The notes beneath the pieces were generated by a model. That model saw only the letters and a program-made list of their open reading frames with translations, had not been told where the DNA came from and ran no database searches. Below are positions 9,745 through 20,847 of a stretch of 64,000 nucleotides of DNA, in pieces (position 1 is the stretch's first letter; each line of letters starts with the position of its first letter). The position numbers and the translations under genes are program-made. The stretch comes from an uncultured Desulfovibrio sp. (GTDB lineage Bacteria; Desulfobacterota; Desulfovibrionia; Desulfovibrionales; Desulfovibrionaceae), in the NCBI GenBank assembly GCA_900546145.1, contig URBN01000001.1, positions 5,144-69,143 of the forward strand, written 5' to 3'.

Positions 9745-10695
9745 CTAAAAGCCTCTCTGGTGTCCCTGCGCTGACTGATCCCTGGACGGGGAGGCATCCT
9801 TCTGCTTCGGGAGGAGGGAACTCGGGAGCGGCGGGCCTACGAAGACGGGATCGGGCGTATCCACCATGGGCGGCTTCACGATACCCGTGGGCTCGAGCAG
9901 CATGACTTCTTCGATATGCTGCATGTCCACGAGGGGTTCGGCGTAGATGGTCATGAATTCGGTGTAGTTGGACGGCGCCACGGAAATGACCCTGGCCACG
10001 GGGATGCCCTTGGGGTACTTGCCGTCAAGACCGGAGGTGATGAGGATTTCGCCGGGTTTGGCTTTTGTGTCACGCTGCATGTAGCGTACGGCGAGGGGCT
10101 TGTTTGTGCCTTCGCCGGTGAGGATGCCGGCTGTACGGCTCTCCTGCGTGAAGATGGCGATGCGGCTGCCGGGGTTGGTGAGCAGGAGTGCCGTGGCCGT
10201 GTGCGGGGAAGCTCTGAGCACGCGGCCGATGAGTCCTTTGTGTGTGACGATGGGGGTGCCCGGCCTTGCTCCCGTGGCGTAGCCGCGGTTGATGGTAATG
10301 GAATCGAGCAGGGAGTTGGGGCCGAGGTGGCCGGCGAGCACGCGCGCACCCACAGGGGTCCAGGATTCGTCTATGGGCAGCTGCAGGAGTTCGCGCAGAC
10401 GCGCGAGTTCGGCCATGTCCTCTTTGTGGGCCAGGAGACGGGCCTCGAGGTCACGCACACGGGCCTCGAGCTGCGCGTTCTTTTCGTTCACGTCCACGAG
10501 GTACACGTAACGCTTCCAGACAGCGGTCACTCTGTCCTGCACGTAGCGGATGGGGGTGATGACACCGCCTGTAAGCTCGAGACCCACGTCCGTGGAAAAA
10601 TCGTCGAGCACATGCGTGTTCTTGTTCCACGTGTACATGGACAGAAAGAGGATGAGCAGCACGCCCATCAGGATGAGAAATCGCCGGAATGTCAA
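9745..10695 (-). CDS. mreC: rod shape-determining protein MreC
   Basis: It has an N-terminal TM segment, a coiled coil (LEARVRDLEARLLAHKEDMAELARLREL) and the MreC beta domain, with a Pro-rich tail. Confidence 0.85.
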   Translation of the reverse strand: MTFRRFLILMGVLLILFLSMYTWNKNTHVLDDFSTDVGLELTGGVITPIRYVQDRVTAVWKRYVYLVDVNEKNAQLEARVRDLEARLLAHKEDMAELARLRELLQLPIDESWTPVGARVLAGHLGPNSLLDSITINRGYATGARPGTPIVTHKGLIGRVLRASPHTATALLLTNPGSRIAIFTQESRTAGILTGEGTNKPLAVRYMQRDTKAKPGEILITSGLDGKYPKGIPVARVISVAPSNYTEFMTIYAEPLVDMQHIEEVMLLEPTGIVKPPMVDTPDPVFVGPPLPSSLLPKQKDASPSRDQSAQGHQRGF

Positions 10696-10824
10696 AGCTG
10701 CAGGCCCTGCGGGCGGTTAAGGGGAAGCGCCGCCCCGTCGTTCTCTATTTGAAAGGCGCCGCGCCAGAAAAGGAGGCACGGCGCCTTGGCAGATTCAAAG
10801 ACGCGGAGGACTGTCCGTCCCCGG

Positions 10825-11916
<1,092 letters not shown>

Positions 11917-12152
11917 TCAGCGGCTATTTTTTGCTGAAGTTTCTAGATCCTCTAAAAATCAGCGCAAGTCAAGGGGAAAAAAGGTCAGCACTCCCGCGGA
12001 GGAGAGGCCTCCGCGGCCTTTCCCGGAAGCACGGCGGAGCGCGGTCCGGAGCGCTTCCGGAAGGCCGTCCGGACAGTGCCCTGGGATCCCGTGTCTATTG
12101 CTAAGGAGGCGACAGTCTGTCATAATCAGCCGCCGGGAAAATGGGAGTAATC

Positions 12153-12944
12153 ATGGGGAAAAATCTGCTTTTGTTTGATGTCGGCAACACCACCACCAAG
12201 GTGGGGCTCGATGGCGGCGCCGGGATGCGGCAGTTCTCCTTCCGCACGGATTCCCGCCTCACGCCTGACGACATCGGCATGAAGCTCCTTTTCCTGCTCG
12301 ACAGGGCCGGAGTCTCCCTGGAGAGCGTCGAGGCTGCGGTGGTTTCCTCCGTGGTCCCCGGCGTTGACTACGAGCTCGTTTCGGCCGTCGAACACTACGT
12401 GGGCTGCCCTGTTTTCTTTGTTCCACGGGATATTCCCGTGCCTCTTGAGAACCGTTACCGCAATCCCCGCGAAGTGGGGGCTGACCGCCTGGTCGTGTCC
12501 TGCGCCGCGCGCATGCTTTTCCCTGACGACCCGTCCCTTATCGTTATCGACTCGGGGACGGCGCTCACTTTCGACTGTGTCTCCGGCAGAGCCTATCTCG
12601 GCGGGCTGATTTTCCCCGGTCCCGTGACCGCGCTCGACGCGCTGGCCGGCGCTGCGGCCAAGCTGCCGCACATCAGCCTCGAGACGGACGCTGCCGTTCC
12701 CGAACCCTGCGCGGACACGGCCACGAGCATACGGCATGGCATTGTCTTCGGCTTTGCAAGCCTTGTGGACGGCCTGACCGCCCGGCTGGCCGCCGGCCTT
12801 CCAGGGCCCGTCCGGGTCGTGGGTACGGGCGGCTTTCTGCAGATGCTCTCCGGCAAGGTGAGCTCCATTGACGTCATTCTGCCTGCGCTGCTCCTCGACG
12901 GACTCGCCATGCTGTACAGGCAGTATAAAATAGCTAACAATTAA
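12153..12944 (+). CDS. coaX: type III pantothenate kinase
   Basis: MGKNLLLFDVGNTTTKVGL... carries the CoaX/Bvg accessory factor family signature. A GGGAGTAA ribosome-binding site lies upstream. Confidence 0.85.
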   Translation: MGKNLLLFDVGNTTTKVGLDGGAGMRQFSFRTDSRLTPDDIGMKLLFLLDRAGVSLESVEAAVVSSVVPGVDYELVSAVEHYVGCPVFFVPRDIPVPLENRYRNPREVGADRLVVSCAARMLFPDDPSLIVIDSGTALTFDCVSGRAYLGGLIFPGPVTALDALAGAAAKLPHISLETDAAVPEPCADTATSIRHGIVFGFASLVDGLTARLAAGLPGPVRVVGTGGFLQMLSGKVSSIDVILPALLLDGLAMLYRQYKIANN

Positions 12945-14255
<1,311 letters not shown>

Positions 14256-14264
14256 GTCTGTGAC

Positions 14265-14315
14265 ACGGGCCTGTTCGCCGCTTCTCCGGATGGGACAGGC
14301 CCGCGTTCTGTTTTT
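14265..14315 (+). terminator. putative intrinsic terminator after eno
   Basis: A GC stem (CGGGCCTGT ... ACAGGCCCG) is followed by TCTGTTTTTTCTG. Confidence 0.4.
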
Positions 14316-14372
14316 TCTGATTTCCCGGGGAGCCGCTCCCCTGAAAGCGGTCACATTTTTACATGGCAAAAG

Positions 14373-15248
14373 GTGGGTAACGTGATTCTCATTGATGGAA
14401 AGAAAACGGCCAAGGACATCCGCGCGGAACTGGGCGCCGAAATTACGGAAGCTGCCGCGAAGGGTGTGAGGGCCCCCGGCCTGGCTGTAATTCTGGTCGG
14501 CGAGGACCCGGCCTCCCAGGTGTACGTGCGCAACAAGGAAAAGGCCTGCCGGGAGATCGGCATCAACTCCGTGGCGCACCGCCTGCCCGCTTCGACAACG
14601 CAGGAAGAGCTCCTGTCCCTCATCAGCAGACTCAATGCTGACGGGAACATCGATGGCATTCTGCTCCAGCTTCCCCTTCCGAAGGGCCTCGACGCGAATG
14701 CCTGCCTTCTCGCCATTGATCCCGAAAAGGATGTTGACGGATTTCACCCCGTCAGTGTAGGGAGGCTCGTTCAGAACCTCCCTGGCTTCGTCTCCTGCAC
14801 TCCGGCCGGCATTATCGAGCTCCTGAAGCGCTACGACCTGCCTACGGACGGAAAGAAGGCCGTGGTTATCGGCCGTTCCAACATCGTGGGCAAGCCTCTT
14901 GCCGTGCTTCTCGCGAGGCCCGGCCGCTACGGCAACGCCACGGTGACGCTCTGCCACTCGCATACCCCGGATCTCGCCGCCGAGTGCCGGCAGGCTGACT
15001 TTATTTTCGCCGCTATCGGAAAGCCCCGCTTCGTGACCAGGGACATGGTCAAAAAAGGTGCCGTCATCATAGACGTGGGCATCAACAGGACGGAAGCGGG
15101 CCTGTGCGGCGATGTGGATTTCGACGGTGTCAAGGATATGGTTTCGGCCATCACCCCGGTTCCCGGCGGCGTCGGCCCCATGACCATCGCCATGCTTCTC
15201 AGGAATACCCTGCAGTCATGGCACCAGAGAACTGGCTACGGCCTTTAG
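14373..15248 (+). CDS. folD: bifunctional 5,10-methylene-tetrahydrofolate dehydrogenase / cyclohydrolase
   Basis: The FolD family is clear ([16 protein letters not shown]..., GKPLAVLL). The ORF track uses GTG 14373. An alternative GTG at 14382 has a better AGGTGG ribosome-binding site 5 nt upstream. Confidence 0.9.
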   Translation: MGNVILIDGKKTAKDIRAELGAEITEAAAKGVRAPGLAVILVGEDPASQVYVRNKEKACREIGINSVAHRLPASTTQEELLSLISRLNADGNIDGILLQLPLPKGLDANACLLAIDPEKDVDGFHPVSVGRLVQNLPGFVSCTPAGIIELLKRYDLPTDGKKAVVIGRSNIVGKPLAVLLARPGRYGNATVTLCHSHTPDLAAECRQADFIFAAIGKPRFVTRDMVKKGAVIIDVGINRTEAGLCGDVDFDGVKDMVSAITPVPGGVGPMTIAMLLRNTLQSWHQRTGYGL

Positions 15249-15273
15249 CCGGATCCAGAAAGGAACAGAAAAT

Positions 15274-16350
15274 ATGTATCGCAATGCCAAAAACGTTGGT
15301 TATGTGATGATTGGCAGCGGTGCCATCAATCAGCTCGGGGATATTCTCGCCCCCCGCAGAAAGGAAGGCACCCCCGCTGTCTGGTTCTTTGATCACTTCT
15401 TTGAACATAACGATCTGGCCGGACGCCTGCCTGTCGAATCCGGCGATATTGTCATTTACGTGGACACCACAGAGGAGCCCACCACCGACGGCGTGGACGC
15501 CTATACAAAGGACGTGAAGGCCCGGCTTGGCGGAAAACTCCCCTGCGCCATGCTCGCCTTCGGCGGCGGTTCCACCATGGATACCTGCAAATGCGTGGGC
15601 AACCTCCTGACCAACCCCGCCCGCGCCGAGGACTATCAGGGCTGGGAGCTCGTGAAGCACGCTGCTCCCTACAAGATCGGCTGCCCCACCATTTCCGGCA
15701 CGGGTTCCGAATCCTCGCGCACCGGCGTGCTCTGCAACCAGGCCAAGAACCTCAAGCTCGGTATGAACAGTGACTTCACCATGTTCGACCAGCTGGTCCT
15801 TGACCCTGATCTCTCCGGGACGGTTCCGAGAGACAAGTTCTTCTACACCGGCATCGACACGTATATGCACTGCTTCGAAAGCCTGACCGGCCACTACCGC
15901 AACACGGTTGTGGACGCCCTGGCTACGAAGGCCATTGAGCTTTCCCGCGAAATCTTCAATTCCGCGGACATGATGCTCCCCGAAAACAGGGAGAAGCTCA
16001 TGATTGCCTCCTATCTCGGCGGCATGGCTGCCGGCTTCGTGGGCTGCGTGCATCCTCTTTCCGCGGGCCTTTCCATGGTTCTCGACATCCATCACGGCTT
16101 GGCCAACCTGCTGGCGCTCTCCGTGCTCGATGACATTTATCCCAAGCAGCACGCCGAAGTCATGGCAATGATGGAAAAGCAGGGCATCACTCTTCCGAAG
16201 GGCGTGTGCCGTAATCTGACCGACGAGCAGTTCACCAGGCTTTATGAGGGCAGCATTGTCCATGAAAAGCCCCTGACCAACGCTCTCGGCCCCAATTACA
16301 GGGACATCCTGACAAAGGAAAACGTCATCGCCAGGTTCAAGAAGCTTTAA
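15274..16350 (+). CDS. iron-containing alcohol dehydrogenase / DHQ-synthase-like fold oxidoreductase
   Basis: The 358-aa protein has the GGGSTMD nucleotide-binding motif and metal-ligand His residues typical of the Fe-ADH superfamily. It heads a sugar-modification cassette. Confidence 0.6.
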   Translation: MYRNAKNVGYVMIGSGAINQLGDILAPRRKEGTPAVWFFDHFFEHNDLAGRLPVESGDIVIYVDTTEEPTTDGVDAYTKDVKARLGGKLPCAMLAFGGGSTMDTCKCVGNLLTNPARAEDYQGWELVKHAAPYKIGCPTISGTGSESSRTGVLCNQAKNLKLGMNSDFTMFDQLVLDPDLSGTVPRDKFFYTGIDTYMHCFESLTGHYRNTVVDALATKAIELSREIFNSADMMLPENREKLMIASYLGGMAAGFVGCVHPLSAGLSMVLDIHHGLANLLALSVLDDIYPKQHAEVMAMMEKQGITLPKGVCRNLTDEQFTRLYEGSIVHEKPLTNALGPNYRDILTKENVIARFKKL

Positions 16351-16494
16351 GCCGGGCGTCCGTCCGGGGATCCCCGGAAGCCTTTTTCTGCTCCACTTCC
16401 GCCCCCTCCGGGTGCGGGGGTGGAGCAGTCATGTATGGAGTGCCGGCCTTCCGTTCCCGCGGGGAGCGGCGGACCGCACCAGGAGATACTTTTC

Positions 16495-17682
16495 ATGAAA
16501 CTCAGAATTAATTTCAGCGGCCGTTCCATCCGTTACACGGAAGATGAAATCGCCACTGTTGTCGAAGCCATGCGCAACGCCGAACCCCTCACCCAGGGCC
16601 ATTACCTCCAGGAGTTTGAGTCCGCGTTCGCGCGCTATCAGGGCGTGGAAGAAGGCAGCTGCTTCGCTGTCTGCAACGCTACGGCGGCCCTTGAGATGTC
16701 TGCCCAGCTCTGCCGCTTCAAAGATGGCGATGAGCTGGTCATCCCGTCGCATACGTTCACCGCTTCCGCGTATCCGTACGTCAAGAAGGGCGCGAAGATT
16801 AAGTGGTGCGACGTCGATCTGCATACGCACGTGGCCACGCCCGAGACCATAGCCGCTGCCATGACGCCCCGCACCAAGGCCGTCGTGGTCGTGCATCTCT
16901 ACGGCTACGTGGCGGACATGCCTGCCATCGCGAAGCTCTGCCATGACCGCGGCGTCATCCTCATTGAGGACACCGCCCAGGCCATCGGTTCCGAGGTGGA
17001 CGGGAAGAAGGCCGGCTCGTTCGGCGACATGAGCATCTTCTCCTTCCATTCTCACAAGAATCTGACCACGCTCGGCGAAGGCGGCATGCTCTATCTGAAG
17101 GATCCGAAGCTCAGGGCCATCATCCCCATGTTGCGCCACAACGGGCACTGCGCCTACGATTTTGAACGCCCGGATTACTGGAAGCCGGCCATGGGCAATG
17201 TGGACATGCCCATGCTGGACGGCGAATGGCTGCAGCCCAACAACTACAGCCTTGGCGAGGTCGAGTGCGCGCTTGGCACCAAGCTGCTCGAACGTATCGA
17301 TTCCATCAATGACTTCAAGCGCGCGAGGGCCATGCGCTTCATCGACGGGCTGAAGGATTTCCCCGAGCTTGAGTTCCTGCGCGAGAACACGCGCCGCCAT
17401 AACTACCATCTGCTGGTGGCCCGTATGACGAGCGGCGTGGAGAAGCGTGACGCTTTCATGCGCAGAATGTACGAGGACAAGGGCATCAAGTGCGTCGTGC
17501 AGTACATTCCTCTGAACCGCTATGACTATTACAGGCGTCAGGGACTTGGCGAGTCCAACTGTCCCAACGGGGATCTCTTCTACGATACTATGGTGTCTTT
17601 CCCCTTCCAGGCCTGGATGAGCGACGAGGATTTCGAATATATGCTCGTTTCGGCGCGTGAAGTATTGGCCAGTCTGCGCTAG
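16495..17682 (+). CDS. DegT/DnrJ/EryC1/StrS-family PLP-dependent sugar aminotransferase
   Basis: The protein MKLRINFSGRSIRYTEDEIATVVEAMRNAEPLTQGHYLQEFESAFARY... has the conserved Lys in SFHSHKNL. It is SpsC/PseC/FlmB-like. The start was moved to an internal Met with an AGGAGA ribosome-binding site. Confidence 0.8.
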   Translation: MKLRINFSGRSIRYTEDEIATVVEAMRNAEPLTQGHYLQEFESAFARYQGVEEGSCFAVCNATAALEMSAQLCRFKDGDELVIPSHTFTASAYPYVKKGAKIKWCDVDLHTHVATPETIAAAMTPRTKAVVVVHLYGYVADMPAIAKLCHDRGVILIEDTAQAIGSEVDGKKAGSFGDMSIFSFHSHKNLTTLGEGGMLYLKDPKLRAIIPMLRHNGHCAYDFERPDYWKPAMGNVDMPMLDGEWLQPNNYSLGEVECALGTKLLERIDSINDFKRARAMRFIDGLKDFPELEFLRENTRRHNYHLLVARMTSGVEKRDAFMRRMYEDKGIKCVVQYIPLNRYDYYRRQGLGESNCPNGDLFYDTMVSFPFQAWMSDEDFEYMLVSAREVLASLR

Positions 17683-17742
17683 ACTGCAGGGACGGCGCCC
17701 CGTGGCTGCGGGCGCCGTCCGCCACATTTCGGGAGGACCTGC

Positions 17743-19410
17743 ATGGAAAAACGCTGCATCATTATCCCTGCCATCAAGAAAAACGCCGTCATCCCTGATC
17801 AGCTGGTCAAGAAGCTCGCGGGTGTGACGCTGATCGAAAGGGCCATTGAGACAGCCCGCGCCGTGGCGCAGGGCAAGGATATCTATGTCCTCACAGACAG
17901 CCAGGAAATATCCCTTATCTGCGAGCGTCTCGGCGTGCAGTTCAGGCGCAACCGTGAGCTGAAGTTCGAGACGCTCAACATCGTCGCTGAAATGCGCGAC
18001 ATTCTGAGTGAGCTCGCCCCTCTCTACGAGCACTGCATCATCCTGCGCGCCTCCTGTCCCCTGATCACCTGGGTGGACGTGGAAGACGCCTGGCACAAGT
18101 ACACTGATGCCGGCATGGACAGCCTGGTCACGGTGAAGAGCGTGCATCAGCGCATCTGGAGCGTGCAGGGGAAGAATCTTGCCCAGCTTCTTGATGACGA
18201 TGAGGGTGAGCGCGAGGTCGTGGTTGAGAGCCGCGCCATTATTATTCTCCGCTCGAAGCCGCTCATGCGCTGGCTTTCAGAGGGGCACTCCGCCAAGATG
18301 CAGAACGTGATGCCCTATTTTCTCAATGACAGGGCCATCGAGATCCAGTCCTACCAGGACTGGTGGATCTGCGAACACCTGCTCCAGCGCAGGCACGTGG
18401 TCTTTGTGGTTGCGGGCTGGCCCGCCATTGGCATGGGGCATATCTACCGCGCGCTCATGCTGGCTCACGAGATCACGGATCACAAAATTACCTTCGTGTG
18501 CACGCGCGAGTCCGAGCTAGCTGTGGAAAGCATAGCCAGAAAGGATTACCGCAGCGTGCGCCAGGGCGAGGAGGAGCTGTGGCAGACCGTGCTCGGCCTG
18601 CGTCCCGACCTCGTGGTGAACGACATCCTGAACACGGACGCCGACTATATGCAGCATCTCAAGTCCGCAGGCGTCCGCTGCGTCAATTTCGAGGACGAGG
18701 GCGAGGGCGCCGGCTACGCCGATCTCGTTATCAACGCCCTCTACCCGGAGGAAGAAGCCAGTGAGCGCAGGCTCTGCGGGCCGGATTACTTCTGCCTCAG
18801 GGACGAATTCGTGGAGGCGAAGCGCAATGAGTTCCGCCCCGAGCTGAAGACGCTCCTCATCACGTTTGGCGGCACGGATCAGCGCAACTGCACGAAGCGC
18901 GTGCTCGATATCGTTGAGCCGTACTGCCGTGAAAAGGGCATAGCTATCCGCCTGGTGGTCGGTCCGGGCTACGCCCATCGTTTTGACATGGAGCGCTACG
19001 TAAAAGAGCTCGGCAATCCCCTTGTGTCTTTCACCTGGGCCACCAACGTTATGAGCCGCATGATGGAAGGAGCGGATCTGTGCATCTGCTCCGCGGGACG
19101 GACAGTCTACGAGCTGGCGCACATGCGTATCCCTTCCCTCGTCCTTGCCACGCACGAGCGTGAGGCCAGGCATACTTTCGCACGCGCCGCCAACGGCTTC
19201 CTGTTCGTGGGCGTCATGGACAGGGTGTCTGACGAAAAAATACGCCGCTGTTTCATGGCCATGACGGACAGCCGGCTGCGCGAGCGCATGTACCGCCGTA
19301 TGAGCCGTCTGGATTTTTCGGGTAACAAAAAGCATGTTGTCAGCCTGATGCTGGCCCTGCTTAAAGGCGATGGCACTGGAAGCCACACCAATAATGGAGA
19401 AAACGTATGA
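17743..19410 (+). CDS. fusion protein: NeuA-like cytidylyltransferase domain (degenerate P-loop) + PseG/SpsG-like UDP-sugar hydrolase (GT28 C-terminal fold)
   Basis: The N-terminal ~220 aa align to the CMP-NeuAc synthetase family (IIIPAIKKNAVIP, GVTLIERAIETA, DSLVTVKSV), but the GGSK loop is replaced by IKKN. The C-terminal ~330 aa are PseG/SpsG-like (VVFVVAGWPAIGMGHIYRAL...). Confidence 0.6.
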   Translation: MEKRCIIIPAIKKNAVIPDQLVKKLAGVTLIERAIETARAVAQGKDIYVLTDSQEISLICERLGVQFRRNRELKFETLNIVAEMRDILSELAPLYEHCIILRASCPLITWVDVEDAWHKYTDAGMDSLVTVKSVHQRIWSVQGKNLAQLLDDDEGEREVVVESRAIIILRSKPLMRWLSEGHSAKMQNVMPYFLNDRAIEIQSYQDWWICEHLLQRRHVVFVVAGWPAIGMGHIYRALMLAHEITDHKITFVCTRESELAVESIARKDYRSVRQGEEELWQTVLGLRPDLVVNDILNTDADYMQHLKSAGVRCVNFEDEGEGAGYADLVINALYPEEEASERRLCGPDYFCLRDEFVEAKRNEFRPELKTLLITFGGTDQRNCTKRVLDIVEPYCREKGIAIRLVVGPGYAHRFDMERYVKELGNPLVSFTWATNVMSRMMEGADLCICSAGRTVYELAHMRIPSLVLATHEREARHTFARAANGFLFVGVMDRVSDEKIRRCFMAMTDSRLRERMYRRMSRLDFSGNKKHVVSLMLALLKGDGTGSHTNNGENV

Positions 19411-20102
19411 GGACAGTAGCCATTATTCAGGCCCGCCTCGGGTCCACGCGTCTGCCGATGAAGTCACTGCTGTGCCTTCGCGGCCACGCCATCATCGACT
19501 GGGTGGTTGACAGGGTCATGACGGCCTCGCTTCTGGACGAGGTTGTGGTAGCCTGTCCTGACACGGCTCGGGATGCCGTTCTGGCGGATCACCTTGAGAG
19601 ACGGCACGTCCATGTCGTACCCGGTTCGGAGCAGGATGTTCTTTCCCGCTTCGTCCTGGCCGCTGAGGCGAGCCGCGCCGACCGTGTCGTCCGCGTCTGC
19701 GCGGACAACCCGCTCATCTGGGGTGAGGCCATAGACAGGCTTATCCGCCAGTTTGACAGGGGAGGCTGCGATTACTGCTACAATCATATTCCGCGCGCCA
19801 ACAGATGGCCCGATGGCCTGGGCGCTGAGATTGTCAGCCGCGGCCTTCTGGACAGCATTGCCGAAAGGGCCGTGGAGCCTTCGGAGCGGGAGCACTGCCT
19901 GAACTACATCTGGGATCATCAGCAGGATTTCACCATACGTACTTTTGATCCCACGGAGGAATGGCTCTGCCGTCCCGAGGTGAAGCTGGATATTGATACG
20001 GCAGATGATTTCTGCAGACTGGCCCTCATGCCGATTGACCCCGGCATGGACGCCAGACGCATCATAGACGTCGTCGACGCCGGGAAGAAAAAGTCCGCCT
20101 GA
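19407..20102 (+). CDS. SpsF/PseF/FlmC-type cytidylyltransferase
   Basis: VAIIQARLGSTRLPMKSL... carries an intact acylneuraminate-cytidylyltransferase-family motif. The gene overlaps the preceding one by 4 nt. Confidence 0.65.
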   Translation: MRTVAIIQARLGSTRLPMKSLLCLRGHAIIDWVVDRVMTASLLDEVVVACPDTARDAVLADHLERRHVHVVPGSEQDVLSRFVLAAEASRADRVVRVCADNPLIWGEAIDRLIRQFDRGGCDYCYNHIPRANRWPDGLGAEIVSRGLLDSIAERAVEPSEREHCLNYIWDHQQDFTIRTFDPTEEWLCRPEVKLDIDTADDFCRLALMPIDPGMDARRIIDVVDAGKKKSA

Positions 20103-20152
20103 GGCCTGGGGCCCGGCGGCCGCCAACCGAGATAAAGCAAAAGGGAGAGGTT

Positions 20153-20683
20153 ATGCCTGAAGAGCAGGAAAAATTTCAGAAAAACGTGGATGATGTCCTT
20201 GAAGGCGTGATGTTTGAAAACTGGCTGCGCTTCTATTTCCTAAAGGAAACAGAGGAAAAGGACGAGAAGGGCGAACCCAAACTGGTCATGAACATTCCCG
20301 AAAAGGGCATGGCCAAAATCAAGGAACTGTATCCCAGGCTGTATTCCCTGGCCGAAGACGTGAATGGCATGCCCGCGACCTTCGACGTGTCCCGCAACGC
20401 CGTGTGCAATTACGTGCTCACCGAACTGGTGAAGCCCGGAGACGGCGGCGCCAGCGCCATGTCCTCTGTCATCGACTCGCGCGCCTTCCAGGTGAAGAAT
20501 CAGCTCTTCAATATCTGGGTCCAGGGCTATGAGGAAAAGCTTGATCAGCAGTTCCTGGAATTCGGACAGTGGCAGCTCATATTCAGTGAATGGCTCAAGT
20601 CCGATTCCGGCAAGGAAATCAGGGCCAAGCTTGAGATGTCCGCCCCCACCGGCTGCAAGACCGGAGAGAAACCGGCCGACTAG
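20153..20683 (+). CDS. hypothetical protein (176 aa, acidic, no recognisable domain)
   Basis: The ORF is clean, with a ribosome-binding site (AAGGGAGAGG) and a following terminator. I saw no family signature. Confidence 0.4.
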   Translation: MPEEQEKFQKNVDDVLEGVMFENWLRFYFLKETEEKDEKGEPKLVMNIPEKGMAKIKELYPRLYSLAEDVNGMPATFDVSRNAVCNYVLTELVKPGDGGASAMSSVIDSRAFQVKNQLFNIWVQGYEEKLDQQFLEFGQWQLIFSEWLKSDSGKEIRAKLEMSAPTGCKTGEKPAD

Positions 20684-20715
20684 CCTGTCTTTTCCTTTTA
20701 TAATGGATATCGGAG

Positions 20716-20746
20716 ATCCGCGGCCGTCCGCCGGCCGCGGATTTTC
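20716..20746 (+). terminator. putative intrinsic terminator
   Basis: ATCCGCGGCCG-tccg-CCGGCCGCGGAT is followed by TTTTCAG. Confidence 0.4.
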
Positions 20747-20847
20747 AGTCTCTGTCCGGTTTTTTCACGGTTCTTTCACAACTGTGAAGGAACGTGAATT
20801 CCGGCGCTCTATGACAAGGGCACATGCTCTGTGCTAAGGCTCGCTCT

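Noticed and set aside
16429-18147. 572-aa minus-strand ORF antisense to the aminotransferase / cytidylyltransferase genes
   Set aside because: It is a high-GC antisense artefact. The sense strand has clear DegT and NeuA-like homology.
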